From the NCBI GenBank assembly GCA_965112155.1, contig OZ218099.1: a stretch of DNA of 64,000 nucleotides. One strand, written 5' to 3'. This document shows positions 23,036 to 36,106 of the stretch, in pieces. The notes beneath the pieces were generated by a model. It saw only the letters and a program-made list of their open reading frames with translations, was not told the DNA's origin and did no database searches. Source of the stretch: Podarcis liolepis. Its lineage: Eukaryota. Within the stretch, counting starts at the first letter, position 1. Each line of letters starts with the position of its first letter. A program made the position numbers and the translations under genes.

Positions 23036-23488
23036 CTGGCGAAGAACACACACCATGTTTAAGACCAATCCTTGTCCAGATTTTCCAATTCCTACATGCT
23101 TCCAAGAACAACATCCTGGAACTCAAGACATTCTGCTCAACGCTGCTGCTGCGTTGAAATATCTGGTAAAAGGCTTCATGCATATATAATTTTTAAAAGA
23201 GCTCTGAAGAGTTGACTAAAACAGGTAGGCACTCACAACTTTTACCACACTGTGGTGGAAAATTCATAACAAGAAACCTCCACGTGCATTTCCAAAGTGG
23301 TAGAGTCACGTGAAAGGAGGACTGTACAGTCCTGTCCATCTGCACCAAGCTCTAACCTTCTACAATACACTCATTCGGGGCTCCTGTTCTCCCCCACATG
23401 GCACCAAAACAGAGGATGAGAATAAATCAATCCGCCCAAGTCAACATTTAACATAAAGGAGGATCCAGTAAGAGGATCTGAGAGTATG

Positions 23489-23490
<2 letters not shown>

Positions 23491-23532
<42 letters not shown>
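23491..23532. repeat. (AC)21 microsatellite
   Basis: Perfect dinucleotide run. Confidence 0.97.
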
Positions 23533-23534
<2 letters not shown>

Positions 23535-23751
23535 TTTTTTACTTAAGTTCTGACACCTAACTTTGATCTGGCATGGAAAAAAAGATAAAATCTGCATTAG
23601 GGTTTATTGGGGGAAAGATTGGAAAGAAAAAAAGTCAGCGGAGTATCTATCACTTTTAAATACAGCTTTTCCAGTATACTGAAGTGTATAATGAATAAAA
23701 GTCCACATAAACATAATAAGGGCACAAAAGACAAGGACCTTTGCTTCTTAC

Positions 23752-23864
23752 CTCAACATCATCTCCACTAGGCCTCAACTTGAACCATTTCACCACACAG
23801 GTGCGGCCAACATGGTCACCTGACTGCACCACTCCATACATCCCAGGATCCTGAGAACCCTGTG
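23752..23864 (-). CDS. UBE2O: UBE2O exon 11 (113 nt)
   Basis: aaatag|CA...GAG|gtaag; (A)QGSQDPGMYGVVQSGDHVGRTCVVKWFKLRPSGDDVE. Confidence 0.95.
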
Positions 23865-23986
23865 CTATTTAGGATTGAAAAAAGAAGACTCCAGTAAGAG
23901 AGAGCAGCATACTGAAGTGTCAAATCCTCTTTTTCTAGAGGCTTAGGCAAAAAACAGTGGGAAAAGGACTAATATTCCACAAGGAT

Positions 23987-24430
23987 TAGAATCATAGGAT
24001 TGCAGAATTGGAAGGCACCCCAGGGTCATACAGTCCAACCGCCTGCAACGCAAGAATCTCAACTAGATCAGGCATGTCCAACAGGTAGATCGTGATCTAC
24101 CGGTAGATCACTGGACATGCGTGGTAGATCACTGGCTCCCCCCAAAGAAGCTCAATAACTTTGGCTCCCCTAAAGAAGCTCAACATTTTAGCCCTGCACC
24201 CCCCCAAAAAACGGTGATTTCTTTCCTCCTCCCTAAAAAAACTCAACAACTTGACCTGAACCCTCAAAAAGGGAGTAGATCACTGCCAGTTTTTAACTCT
24301 GTGAGTAGATCGCAGTCTCTTGAGAGTTGGCCACCCCTGAACTAGAGCATCCATGGCAGATGGCTACCCAACCTCTGCTTAAAAGCCTCCAAAAGAAGGA
24401 GAGTCCACCACCTCTCGTGGGAGCCTGTTA
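23987..24430 (-). mobile_element. CR1 LINE 3' end interrupted by a hAT MITE
   Basis: tagaatcatagg...ggaagg...ggtcat...gtccaacc (reverse complement of a CR1 3' tail) resumes after 24347 with ccaacctctgcttaaa...ggagagtccaccacc. Confidence 0.8.
24069..24339. mobile_element. hAT (Charlie-like) MITE
   Basis: TIRs CAGGCATGTCCAAC / GTTGGCCACCCCTG; 8-bp TSD aactagat / aactagag; repeated gtagatc motifs. Confidence 0.88.
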
Positions 24431-25119
24431 TTGACTGGAAGTCTCTTAACAGATAAGTAGAAAGAATATTCAAACACTTATTTGCGCTCCTCAGGTCATA
24501 TTCAACATAGAATTAAGTGGACTGTTTCCCTCTCCTCCTCCTGTGCACCCACTAAATCTGGTCTGAGGGTTCCCCCAACTCTCTGGAGCAGATTTGGGGA
24601 CAGCATGGGGCACACATAGGGAAGGAGAGGGGGGGAAATCACACTGCGCCAGTGCTAATCCTATTTAAATGAATACAGCCCCTTTTCCTTTCATCTACGG
24701 TCCACTAATTAAAACACTGTATGGAGACGGGTTTTTAGACACAAACTGAAGAGTGGCTTATTGTCTTTGGAGAAATTTTATCTGCCAAATATAATAGGCC
24801 CAGTTGCCATATTGTATCTGAGGTACTTGGCATCTCAAGAGGAGGACTACCTGTATGGTTTTTTTAAAAACACCAGGATAGATCAATTTACAATATGGTG
24901 ACTAGGCAAAAACACCTTTCACTACTGCTTGAATACAAAGGGGTGCCACATTATCCAATTTATTACTTTAACAATTGTGAGGGTCAAAGTTCATCAACAA
25001 AATAAGATTCTCAGGAAAAATGCTAAAAGTGAACAATGCTGCTGTTATTACATTCAACGTTATTGGCAGTCTCAAAACACAATTGTAAAGGTGAAAACAA
25101 TGCACATCACACCAATTAC

Positions 25120-25274
25120 CTCTCTTGTCCACCACAAAATCTCCAGGGCAAAACTCGTTGTTGTCCAAGTGATGGACAGGAAACAGCTCATTGGAACGAA
25201 TGGTTTTCTCCACTGTGCCATCCTGCCACATCACATCAGCTGAAGTCATCGTGGTCACCACTTCCACAGCAACC
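25120..25274 (-). CDS. UBE2O: UBE2O exon 10 (155 nt)
   Basis: tcacag|G...AGAG|gtaat; VAVEVVTTMTSADVMWQDGTVEKTIRSNELFPVHHLDNNEFCPGDFVVDKR. Confidence 0.96.
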
Positions 25275-25810
25275 CTGTGACCAAAAAAGGCAGCGAATTA
25301 CAGAAGACGCCTCCTACAGCAAGGGGAGTCAGACAAAATGGGGCCTTCTGATCGCACCAAAAGCAATCACATCAGATGAAACTAGCTCCTTTCAACTATG
25401 TGCTTCGGCAGCTTCTGTTCTCATCAAGCACCACCCATTGTTCTATCTAACTGGGAAGAACAAGTGGCCCAAAATGTCTCAAGAATGATCTTGGCCAGCT
25501 GCTGCAGAAAACATTCTTGGTACCATTAATTTCTAAAAAAGCTTTCATATATATTTTTAGGCTTGAAGGACATGATTCAAGATGAACTTGCAATTTTATC
25601 TAATTGGCTGGAAGCAATGGGTAGTGACTAACAGATAACCTAGTTGTCAGTACTGTACGTACTTGATTTTAAACCACCTTGTAGTCACTTGTAAACTTAT
25701 GGTGATGCATGCCTATTGCCTCACAGCTTAATTTCCCCCTCTTTTTAATGGTGGTAAAAGAGGTTGGACTTACAGATGAATGGGCATGATATTGCAGCTC
25801 ATATACAGTA

Positions 25811-26042
25811 CAGTGGTACCTCGGGTTAAGAACTGGAGGTCGTTCTGGAGGTCCGTTCTTAACCTGAAACTGTTCTTAACCTGAGGTACCACTTTAGCTA
25901 ACAGGGCCTCCCGCTGCTGCCACGCGATTTCTGTTGTCATCCTGAAGCAAAGTTATTAACCTGAGGTACTATTTCTGGGTTAGCGGAGTCTGTAACCTGA
26001 AGTATCTGTAGCCTGAAGGGTCTGTAACCCGAGGTACCACTG
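25811..26042. mobile_element. Tc1/mariner-type MITE, main subfamily
   Basis: TA|CAGTGGTACCTCGGGTTA ... TAACCCGAGGTACCACTG|TA; body shared with copies at 52338, 57290, 59691 and 63140. Confidence 0.93.
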
Positions 26043-27180
26043 TACTTCTTAAAGCAGGAGTGGATAACCCTAGGCCGATGGTTTAAATGTAGTCCCCCAA
26101 GCCTCTCTATTTGCCCTTCCTTGGGACTCTTCACAGGCCTCTCTATCTCTCCTCTCCAGCCACATCCAGTACTGGCCCTTGACTGTGTTTGCCTGGATGG
26201 AATGCGCCAACCAACGGGGATAATGCTTCTTCCTTCCCTTGATGGAGGAGACATAGGAGTGTGGAGTGTATGTGTAGAGACTAGTGTCCTGCATAAAGAG
26301 TAAGTGCTACCTTTCTTCATTGCTCTGCCCTCCTTGACTCCATTTCTGAGGTGCAGGGATCTGGAGCAGAGCCCCCTCGCCCCACCCCCACATCTCATCC
26401 TCCACCCCTGCTAGCTGGCGCCCTCCGCTTCATGCCTTCCATTGGCAGAGGCCCGGATGCTGAGACCGAGGCAGAGCTCAGAGTCACCAGCTGCAAGCTC
26501 ATTCAGGCCCCCGGGATCCTCCTGAGCCCCCTTTAGCATGTTTATTGTGGCCTCTTTCTCTCTCCTGTCTGGTGGACTCGACTACCCACCCGCTTGCTCC
26601 CCTCACTGGCCACCTTTGCCACCATGTTGGCAAAGGTTTGGATGAAGAAGCTGGAGGAGCTGGTGGTGGATGGGCTGTGGCACTGCTGGACTTCCCAGTT
26701 GGCCTCTACACCAAGCACAGCAGAAACAGTTAAAATTGGATAAAATTCTACTTAATAAAATTAAGACTGGATAAAATTCTACTCTTTCCTAAAGTGTTTT
26801 TTTAATTCCCACATATATTGGAAGGCAGGTGTTTATAAGGCTGCAGTAGAAACTGGGGTTTTGGGTTACTTGGTCCCAGAGAATGGGAAAAGGCAGTCAG
26901 ACTGGTGCCTTTAATTTTATTCATTCTACAGAGATCTGTGTGGCCTGAGTTCACACACTTGCCTCATATTGGGCATCCATGGAGTCATCGCAGTTTGCTC
27001 TTTACATTTCTCTTGAAACATGACCAAGGTGAACGTTCTACACAGGCCGTCAAACTAAAAACCCATCCTGATGAGGTTGCACAAATCCTTGTGCCATGGG
27101 CAATTTAAATACACATTCACATTTGACTGTGAAAACTCAGAACTGGCAGGATTTAATGGCATGTTTAAGGGCAGCCTTAC

Positions 27181-27689
27181 CTGTCGCCTGGCTTAAACTC
27201 GCGGGAAACCTTGGTTTTCTTCTTCTTATGCTTCCTCTTGAGGTTTTTGATGGAGAGTGGGATACTCTTCTTGCGCCCTGTGCCACTGCCGCTTTGGGAA
27301 GAGGCTGTGGAGCTGGCAGAAGAGGTCACAGAGCTGGTGTCGTCTGTGTCATCTGCTGCTTCATCGTCAGCATCCTGTTCTATTGACTGGAGCTTGTAGT
27401 CTGAGGAGCCATCATTCCGTTTCAGAACAAATGGTGGTTGCAACTGCAGCCCAGCTGCTTCGCAAGGGACGCCTTTTCCCGTTCCATCAAGGTGCTCTTC
27501 CTTTACTTCTTGTAAGCTTACAGCATCATGGGCAGAGTCCTCTAGTTCACATTTTAAGCCGGCTTTAGGTTCTTCAGATGGTTGGTCACCTGCTGCGGCA
27601 GATTCTGCTTCAGGGAGGTCAAGGGCACCCTGCGAGTCTGGGGATATCGACATGATCTTCACTATCTGCTTCTTCAACAATCTCCTCAC
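27181..27689 (-). CDS. UBE2O: UBE2O exon 9 (509 nt)
   Basis: ctgtag|GTG...GACAG|gtaag; VRRLLKKQIVKIMS...DDTDDTSSVTSSASSTASSQSGSG...RKKSIPLSIKNLKRKHKKKK...FKPGD. Confidence 0.96.
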
Positions 27690-30600
27690 CTACAGAAAAT
27701 AAAGGATGGTCAACAGATGCAGCCCAAGATGTAGGAAGAGTTTTAGCCAGAGCTAATCATGCTGCTGAGTTGAGCAGATGAACGGTTTTGTATTCTATGC
27801 AATCCTTGGACTCTATTTTCCTTTAGCATTTTGGCCCTTGAGTTAAGACTGCTTTCGCTGGAAGACTGATGGGCAAGTCTTCCTTGCTAGCCCAGAGTTC
27901 TCTACAGGAGTAGTGACCACTCTATTGAGAAGCAACAAGCAACTGGGTTGCATCCAGCAATCTTGTCCCATTAGCAGAAGGACTTTTGCTTGTACAATTG
28001 GCTCAATTCAAAGGACACGGGGGAGAGGAGAGGGAGAGGAATTCCTTTTGCATAGGTAGAGGGGTCCTTGTACCAACATTACTAAAACCCACAGTGGTTA
28101 TGACTGGCTGACCGAGGAAACACCCCTGGCAAGCCATTTCTAGATTTCTCCATCAGTGTGACTCAATTCTGGATGTCGCAAAGTAGGTCCAGTCCATTAA
28201 GGAGAGCAATGAAGACAAACCAGCACGACAACATCATGTCACTTTCAGGTATCCAAGGTGATGTGGATAAAAGCACAAGTAGCCAAAGGCCACAGAGGCC
28301 TTAAAGAGGCCAGGATGGGGCCAGGAAAATACAGTAAGAGGGGAGTGTGGAGGAAGAGACTTTAAAAGTTCATTAGCTGTAAATGCACTGGCAAGGTGAA
28401 ACCCAACAGTTCTTGAGACATCCTTAAGGAGGCCTTATTAATATACTATGTTGCCCAGTTGGGACTCAGTTGCCTAGCCTTCTTTACAATGTACCTCTCT
28501 CACCAAGTTTTTTTTAATAGCACCATTACTATGGTTTTCTGTTCACACTTATTTCTTAAGTATGTTTACTGGCATTTAGCAGAAACTGCACTGCAAAAAG
28601 TGGCAGGAACAAGTCTCCGAAGTCATGATGCTTTCCTTGCTTTTCAGGAGGAAGATTAACTTTTTCTAGGAGGACTTCATATCCCCAACACTACATCTAG
28701 CTTCATAGCAATAAATCTAAAGCCATTATACCTTAATGTTAAGTCATGGAGGGAATACAAAGATTCAGCTATGATTAAATATAAAACTAAAACCTTATTC
28801 ATTATTCAAAGCCAGCAGAGCACCATCCCCAACAACTGTACTCCCCACCAGATTCTGTTCTCTTTCTACCCAAGAGCCACTTACCCCGACAGAAAGTTTA
28901 GTAATCAATTTATACATTAAACCCCCCCCCCACAAACTCCTGTCACTCTAGTTTAGGGACTGAGAACCTCCAGCCTGTGGGCAATTTCCCCCAAATTGAA
29001 CTCACTTGCCCCACACCTGACATTATATGTGCAATCAGGTGTGTGGCAGGTATAGACATCGCTGGATTGGAAGAGCAACCGACTTTTCCAATGGGGAACT
29101 GCAGCTGATCCCTGCAGAAAGCAGGATTGAAGTCACTGCCCATCAGCTTGTTTGTGGTGGCAAGTATCAATATAAAAACCCAAGTTTTTGGGCTCATTAC
29201 AGTCTATAACGTGTCATAACTGACACAAGGCAATTCAGAGTATTGTAATGTCAACACATACCAACACTGAGAGACAAGTGAGGTTCCCAACTGTGTTTCC
29301 CTCATATTGCAAATACAAAAGGTGGGGGGAAAGAGAAGAGGACGTGTGGGGGAGAATCAGCAGGCGGAATACTTTAAACATTATTTTTCTGCACCGTCAG
29401 TTCTCCCCTGTAAATGTGCAAGCCAGATGTTAGTAACTGGTTCCCACATATATCCTGCCAAGTTTCAAAACCAGAAGTCCTGATGCAGAGAAAATTTCCT
29501 AGGAGGTACTTGCACAAGAGAACCTCCAGGTTTAGGAGGCATTTATGCTCTCCTTCCTCCCTACTTTTTACCTATAAGTGTCCTCATGCCTGCAATCCTC
29601 TCACTACAGCAAGTAAGAGCTTAGAAACCTGGATGGTAATATTTAGTTGCACTAACTGGAGTGGATACCATTTATGTTGCCCCCATTGAGTTCCGTAAGA
29701 AAGGAAATAAGCAGCATCTAAGGCAGCCATGAGAGGAGAAAACATGTCAATAATTCCAGACACTGCCATCATCATGCTCCTGTCCCCAAGTGAAAAGATA
29801 TTATCTACTTCTATAGCAAAATGCAAAGCACTGCTGTCAGGAGAGCAAGACCTGCCAACACCCCTTCTGCCTGGCGACCTCAACCAGCAGGGGCCTCCTC
29901 TGTCAGGATGGGGAAATAAGTGTTGCCGGGAATATTATACAGATTTCAGTCAAAACATACACTTTCCTCCTGGCATATTTCTATCACACGGACGGACATG
30001 AATCTTATTATTACTAATTTAGAAGATTATCAAAATTATACAAAATGAAGTTAGAATTGGCTAAGCTGTTCTTAAAAAGGTTAAGATAACCTTTCCCTGG
30101 AGGAGGAATTATGGCACTTAAAAAGAATGACACCTACAAATAGACTCTTCTTAAGCAATGTGGGTTTATCTAGAAAGAGATCAACAAATGTCAAAATCTG
30201 CTGATGAGTTTACATGGAAAAATAAGCTACTTAGAATATTAACAGCCTTTTTGGAGGAAGGTGGCATTTGCATGCTGAAATTGGAGACACTTAGCTACCG
30301 TACAGGAGGAAGTTCAAGGCTTTTTAAAAACAGATATAGAACAAGTGTTTAGTACAGTACCTTTTCAGGCTTTACGTTGGATACGAAACAAGGACAGGCC
30401 ATCTGCAATATTAAACACCACAGTTTTGGTATTATTGATGAAAGCATGGGAATATTTAAAGAGGAAAATTAAGTCCAAAGAAATGATTCACAGTTTGATT
30501 GCATCTTATTCATATTTTAACCCAAAGGGGAGATTTCAACAATTTTGGTTTCATTTTCTTAGAAGTAAATGCTGATTTTGTAGGGGGGAAATACCACTAT

Positions 30601-32974
30601 AGTGACACATGAAACCACTTACGCAGGCTGCTAAACTAGTGAGCCAAGCAGACAGACAACCATGTTTCGTGGCCTGTCAGATGATTAACAACCTCCCTCA
30701 AAAAGATCACAAAAACAGGGGGTTAATTGAGCCTATGGTAAACCACTATTAATGCCTGTAGACTGCACTTCATTGGATTTGCAAGCAGGATTAAGGAATG
30801 TAGTCCCCACAATTCTCATTAAAGAAATACTGTAATGAGAGACACAGACCTACCTGTTACTAACAGAGCTAAGCAAATTGCACTATGAACAGCTAGAGTA
30901 AATTGTCCATAAACTAAAACTACAAGGGCAGAAATGAAACTTAGCACATTATTACAACAAGACACTGGAAGACGCTAATAAGCTGTTCTATCCTAGTTAA
31001 ATAAGAGCATTCTTTAGAAATATGTGAATTTCCATATTCTGTTCATTATTAACAAATATGTTAAACTCTTTTTCACTGTCAAAAGTAGCTGCTAGAATGG
31101 TATACATCTGATAATGGAAAGATACCAAAACCCTCAATATATTTGAATGGCTATTAAAGTGAAGATATTTAGCAGTTGTAAGTATTAAGAAGCTACATCC
31201 ACAGGCTAGGCAGGGTGGGGGGGAATTCACTGAAACGTAAGTAGAGCAGAAAGGTCCAAAAGTACTTCAAAAAGGAAGGAGGCAGCTATATCTAGCACAG
31301 TACACCTTAGCTGTATTATTTTAATTGTGTAGTTTCCTTTCTACACTTGGTAGAAGCAATATAAACATGCATGGGAGAGGGACAGAAATCATGACAAATG
31401 CATATTCATACTTGACCTAAGAGAGATGCTTGTTAAATTCAATCGATACACACAACTCTGGGCTAGCTACTTTCCCCCTCACTGTGCATTGAAGTGAATG
31501 AATAATCTCAGGGGGGGGGATCCCATGTAGCAACATGGGTGGAAGTTGTAGAGAGCCATTGACCTGGGTTGAATCTAGAAACATACAAAAAACGCTGTGA
31601 AAATGCTTTTTTAAAAGCATTTTGAAAAATATATTGAATTTGCCATAAGCTCATCATTGCCATCTAGTGTCACATTTGTATAATGCACTTAAAACACACG
31701 TAAAACGTTCTGTTTGCAGCTGTATAGCTGAGTCCCTGCTACACACATAACACCAAGCCAAGCCATGCCTTAGTGGGAATGTGCAGACTCTTGGAGAGGC
31801 AATTGTGGGTGCTTTTCAAATTCTCTGCCGTTGCTGTGCTGTTCTGCAATGGTTTGGCTCCATCTTTTTGTCTGCACCAAGGGCTGGTGGTTTGTTTTGC
31901 TCTAGACAACCATGAGCCCAGATTTGGACAACACACTAAGCCAATATCATTGGTTTAGCTCAGAACAGTAGTAAACAGTGCCAGAAAAGGAGCAAAGCAG
32001 CTGGGACTTTTCCAGGAGCCTGTGCATTCATGCTAAGTCATGGTTTGAATAAATATTACATGAGAACAGAGCCACTGTCTCAGAATGGTGAAATGAATAT
32101 GTTGGATGGTTAAAGCTAAAAAGAGAGAGTTTTTTTCCTACTTGAAATCACTGAAAGAATTTAAACAACCACCTGCAATGTGGATTCTAAACAAATCTCC
32201 ATCTTGCATTTAGAATCACTGAAGGGGCCAATCAACAGAGATTTACTCTGAAGACAGCGCACCAGCAGTGGAATGCATCAAAATCGGGTGGACATTCATA
32301 TGCCCCTGTTAACATGTTTTTCACAGAAATTGATTATGGGAGGTTACAAATCACTTCTCAATCACTTCTTATCTAATAAATGCAACAGTTGCCAAATGAA
32401 GGCAAACTCATCCCATAACAACTCTCTGTCTATGGACCATTCAGCTCAACAAGTTCACATTTTCTCTGATCATTAAGTATCATATCTTTTGTGCCACAGT
32501 GCTACTGGCAATTTGCTTTCTTTAACTGTGGGATCACACAGTTTCACTGAGCCACTGCCTCCTTCCTGACATATATTTTAGGGAAACATGAACACCAGTC
32601 ATGCAATTATGGTTAAGACTAAGCAGGGACTTCACTTAATTGGTGTTCTTCTGGCACCTGAAGATGGTTAAGAATATTGGTTAAGCAGGGCACCTACTCA
32701 AACCCTAAATGCAATCAACACTGGTGCAAGTATTTCTCTTATGTGTGGGTAAGGGAAAATGTGCTCTCAATACAGAGGAGGCTGCTGAAGGAGTACAAGG
32801 GTGCGTAGTTCCCAAATGCTCACTACCATTATCTTAATCACATCAGCGGATTATCATCTTAACAAGACTGTCAAAACAGTATAGAGAAATTTTGAATAAA
32901 AGAACTTTCCAAAGAAGTTTGATGTTCTGTGAAGCAGTTTGATATTATCAGCCAAACGACGCCAGCATACATAC

Positions 32975-33125
32975 CTTTTTGGCAGCAGATCCTTCTCCCA
33001 GAACACAGTTTCTCTCTGGGCACTCGCATGTGATTTTTGCCGGCTCCACTTTCTCAGGAAACACATAGAGACACCTTTCTCCAAGTTGCCGCTCAGCATG
33101 GTCAAAGCACCCCAGGCGCTTTACC
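32975..33125 (-). CDS. UBE2O: UBE2O exon 8 (151 nt)
   Basis: gacag|G...AAG|gtatg; VKRLGCFDHAERQLGERCLYVFPEKVEPAKITCECPERNCVLGEGSAAKK. Confidence 0.95.
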
Positions 33126-33634
33126 CTGTCAAAAACAAGGTGACCGTGATACCACCTTACTGCTGGCTGATACAGTTTCCCCCCAAAGTCCTAGCACTGC
33201 CTGACACCTCTACAGGGGCTTTCATATATTACAATATGATAACTTTTTTGGGGGGGGGACTGTTTAGGAGAGACAGTACTTCCTCATTTTACATGGGTTT
33301 AGGCTTAATTCAACAGTGCAAAAGTATTTGTTAATGAAGGACAAAGGGGAATGTTCTCTTATATGAAGCATACTATGAAGTTTGAATGTGCAGGAGGAAA
33401 ATAAACAGATTGTTAAAGTCCTTTTGCTCTGTAACAGCACACAAACAGCTGTACACGTGCCATTTCATATTATTAGATCATTCACCATCCCACCTCAAAT
33501 GTTTGCACCAAATACTATAGCAATGACTCTGTTTTCATCCAAGTAAACTATTGCTCTTCTGGTAGCAACCTTCTGGCAGAATGTAATTTAATGGGGCGAG
33601 TGTTTTTAGGGTATTAATATGAAGAACTCCTTAC

Positions 33635-33744
33635 CTAGACAAGTTCTCTTGGGTGATTAAAGACGGTGGGGGACTTATACTATCTGTGCCTCCAGGACAG
33701 AAACTTTTAGTGATCCAAGTCACTTTCAACTCCACCACCTGCAC
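33635..33744 (-). CDS. UBE2O: UBE2O exon 7 (110 nt)
   Basis: ccttag|GTG...TCTAG|gtaag; VQVVELKVTWITKSFCPGGTDSISPPPSLITQENLS. Confidence 0.95.
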
Positions 33745-34367
33745 CTAAGGAAAACAAGGCAGAGGAGAGGAGAGAATGGTTTTAGAAAATTCCACGAGAT
33801 TAAATATCAAGTAGCATTTTGTTATTGAAGTTGTTAAGACACTCATACTTTGGTATCTTTTGTCCAACTCACAGAATGCCTTTAAGTTTGTCTAGGACTA
33901 TTATCTTGGTTTTGGTGCTGCATAACTGTATCAGACCTAAGTAGCTATAGCATGAAGAAGCAGTTATTTGCTTTTTGGAAACAATTCGAACAAACCTGCT
34001 TTTTATCAAGCTGGCATCACTTACTGAGGATTGTTCCATTCATATACCAACCTTGATACAATTTAAAATGAAGGCTATTTTCATCCTACAGATCTTTCAT
34101 GGCTGGGCTTGAATGGGGACTCAAATCAAAGAACCAATCAGGGAGTGGAAGTGAAAATGGGGTCATTTCTAGTTTAACCAAAGCACAAATGATAGGTGAG
34201 GTCCTCACTCACAAGCTGTACATCATTTAAAAACAAATATTGATCCTAAACTTTTGTAGAATATTTTTTCATCGCGTTTGGTTCAAAGAACACAACACAG
34301 CTTGTTTTGCAGAAAACTCCAGGCAAGGCGTTGATCCCTTAACACAGTCAAGTTCACTGAGCCATAC

Positions 34368-34511
34368 CTCTTCCACCACCACTCTGAACTTGCTCTTTGT
34401 GCTAAGAACAGGTTTCACTCCTGAAAGCCACTGCACATTCGAGAAGACTTTTGATGGGCCAATGAGAACTTGCCCGGGGTAAAAGCCATATGAATCATCA
34501 AAGAAGAGGCC
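34368..34511 (-). CDS. UBE2O: UBE2O exon 6 (144 nt)
   Basis: tttcag|GGC...GAG|gtatg; GLFFDDSYGFYPGQVLIGPSKVFSNVQWLSGVKPVLSTKSKFRVVVEE. Confidence 0.96.
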
Positions 34512-35030
34512 CTGAAAAGAAGAAGCAATACAAGAAAGAAGTGCAAGTCAGAGCCAGGTATGATTAAGACCACATTTTGTCCCTGTGGGATGAGATTCCT
34601 GCGTTCCAGGTCCAATGCTAGTCACTCACAAAATTCTTAAGTGAACAGAACTTGTTCTAAGATTCCTTGGTCCTGAAGTGTTCTTTCTCTGCTACAGTCA
34701 ACCACAACAGCGGTTTCTAAGGCAACTAGGGAAATCTTAGGTACGAAGGATAATGAATAGTGGAGGAAACATCATAAGGTACTAGAAATGAACAGCTCCT
34801 AGTTTCATTTGAATTACTTCAGTAACAAGTAGCAGGTGGAAAATCTACCATGAAAATATGATTGAATTATCTTCAGTGACTTCTGGAGTTCTTGCATTCA
34901 GTGGATCTATTTCCCGAATTATAAAGGTGGAAACAATTGTTCCTGACATATGAAATTTCAAACAAGCAAGGTGGGCATCTGAACAGTGTGAGAGCTGTAT
35001 ATTTTTGACACCCGTAATAACAACAATGTG

Positions 35031-35289
35031 ATAATAATAATTTATTATTTATATGCTGCTCATCTGAGTCGGTTGCCCCAGCCACTCTGGGAGGCTTCCA
35101 ACAAATCAAAAACATTAAGCACAGTAAAGCATCAAACATTAAAAACTTCCTTATACAAAGCTGCATTCAGATGTCTTCTAAAAGTGAGATAGTTGTTTAT
35201 TTCCTTGACATCTGATGGGAGGCCGTTCCACTGGGGAGGGGGGTGCCACTACTGAGAAGGCCCTCTGCTTGGCTCCCTGTAACCTCACT
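35031..35289 (-). mobile_element. L2-like LINE 3' end, reverse copy
   Basis: Reverse complement of the family at 15763-16031, with an AT-rich trinucleotide tail at the left end. Confidence 0.72.
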
Positions 35290-35500
35290 GCCATCCCATC
35301 AGATGTCAAAGAGATAAGTAACTATATAACCTTTAGAAGACATCTGAAGGAAGCTCTGTATCAGGAAGTTGTTTATGAATAATGTTTCACTGTATTTTTA
35401 TATTTTCTGTTGGAAGCTACCCAGAGTGGCTGGGGCAACCCAGTCAGATGGGCAGGGTATAAGTAAGTAAGTAAGTAAGTAAGTAAGTAGTAATAATAAT
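35290..35500 (+). mobile_element. L2-like LINE 3' end, forward copy with (TAAG)7 tail
   Basis: cccatcagatgtcaa...cccagagtggctggggcaacccagtcagatgggcagggta followed by (TAAG)7 at 35460-35487. Confidence 0.72.
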
Positions 35501-35765
35501 GATGGTGATGATGCTGGTGTACAGAAATTTTTGTAAAATAAATAAATATTCTTATATGAAAACATGTACTTTCTCCCATATAAATGGAAGGCTGTCAATC
35601 ACTGTGTGTTACTATTGTTGTGGTAGCAACAAAGCCTGCTCCTTACCTCCAAATTTCCAACACTGGATAATCCATCAGATAGATGTGAACCCCACAAGTG
35701 GGGCCCATATGATAAAAGGTATCTCTACAAACTGAGAACTATTCTAACAAAGAGGGGGAACTTAC

Positions 35766-35829
35766 TGAGTCGCTGACATGTGGACAGACATCATAGAGCT
35801 TTGCTGCATCCTCTGTGCTCATAGAACAC
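35766..35829 (-). CDS. UBE2O: UBE2O exon 5 (64 nt)
   Basis: ccttag|G...TCA|gtaag; CSMSTEDAAKLYDVCPHVSDS. Confidence 0.95.
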
Positions 35830-36106
35830 CTAAGGAAAAGCAATAATTGTTAAAAACACACACAGATTTTGCAAGAGTCAGCTCTACTTTCTTAATGGCA
35901 AATATGTGTTAGCATGCTCTTATATCTAGATTTAACAACACTAAGCTATAGTTGGAAGATATTGGATATCATTCTACTTTAAAAGTACTATTCAATGTGT
36001 TTAACCTGGAATAGATATGGGGGTGCTTTGAGAAATACTACAGGTCAGGAGCAAACTATCATATTCCCTACAACAATTTTGTAGGATTTGCACAGGCAGC
36101 CTATAT

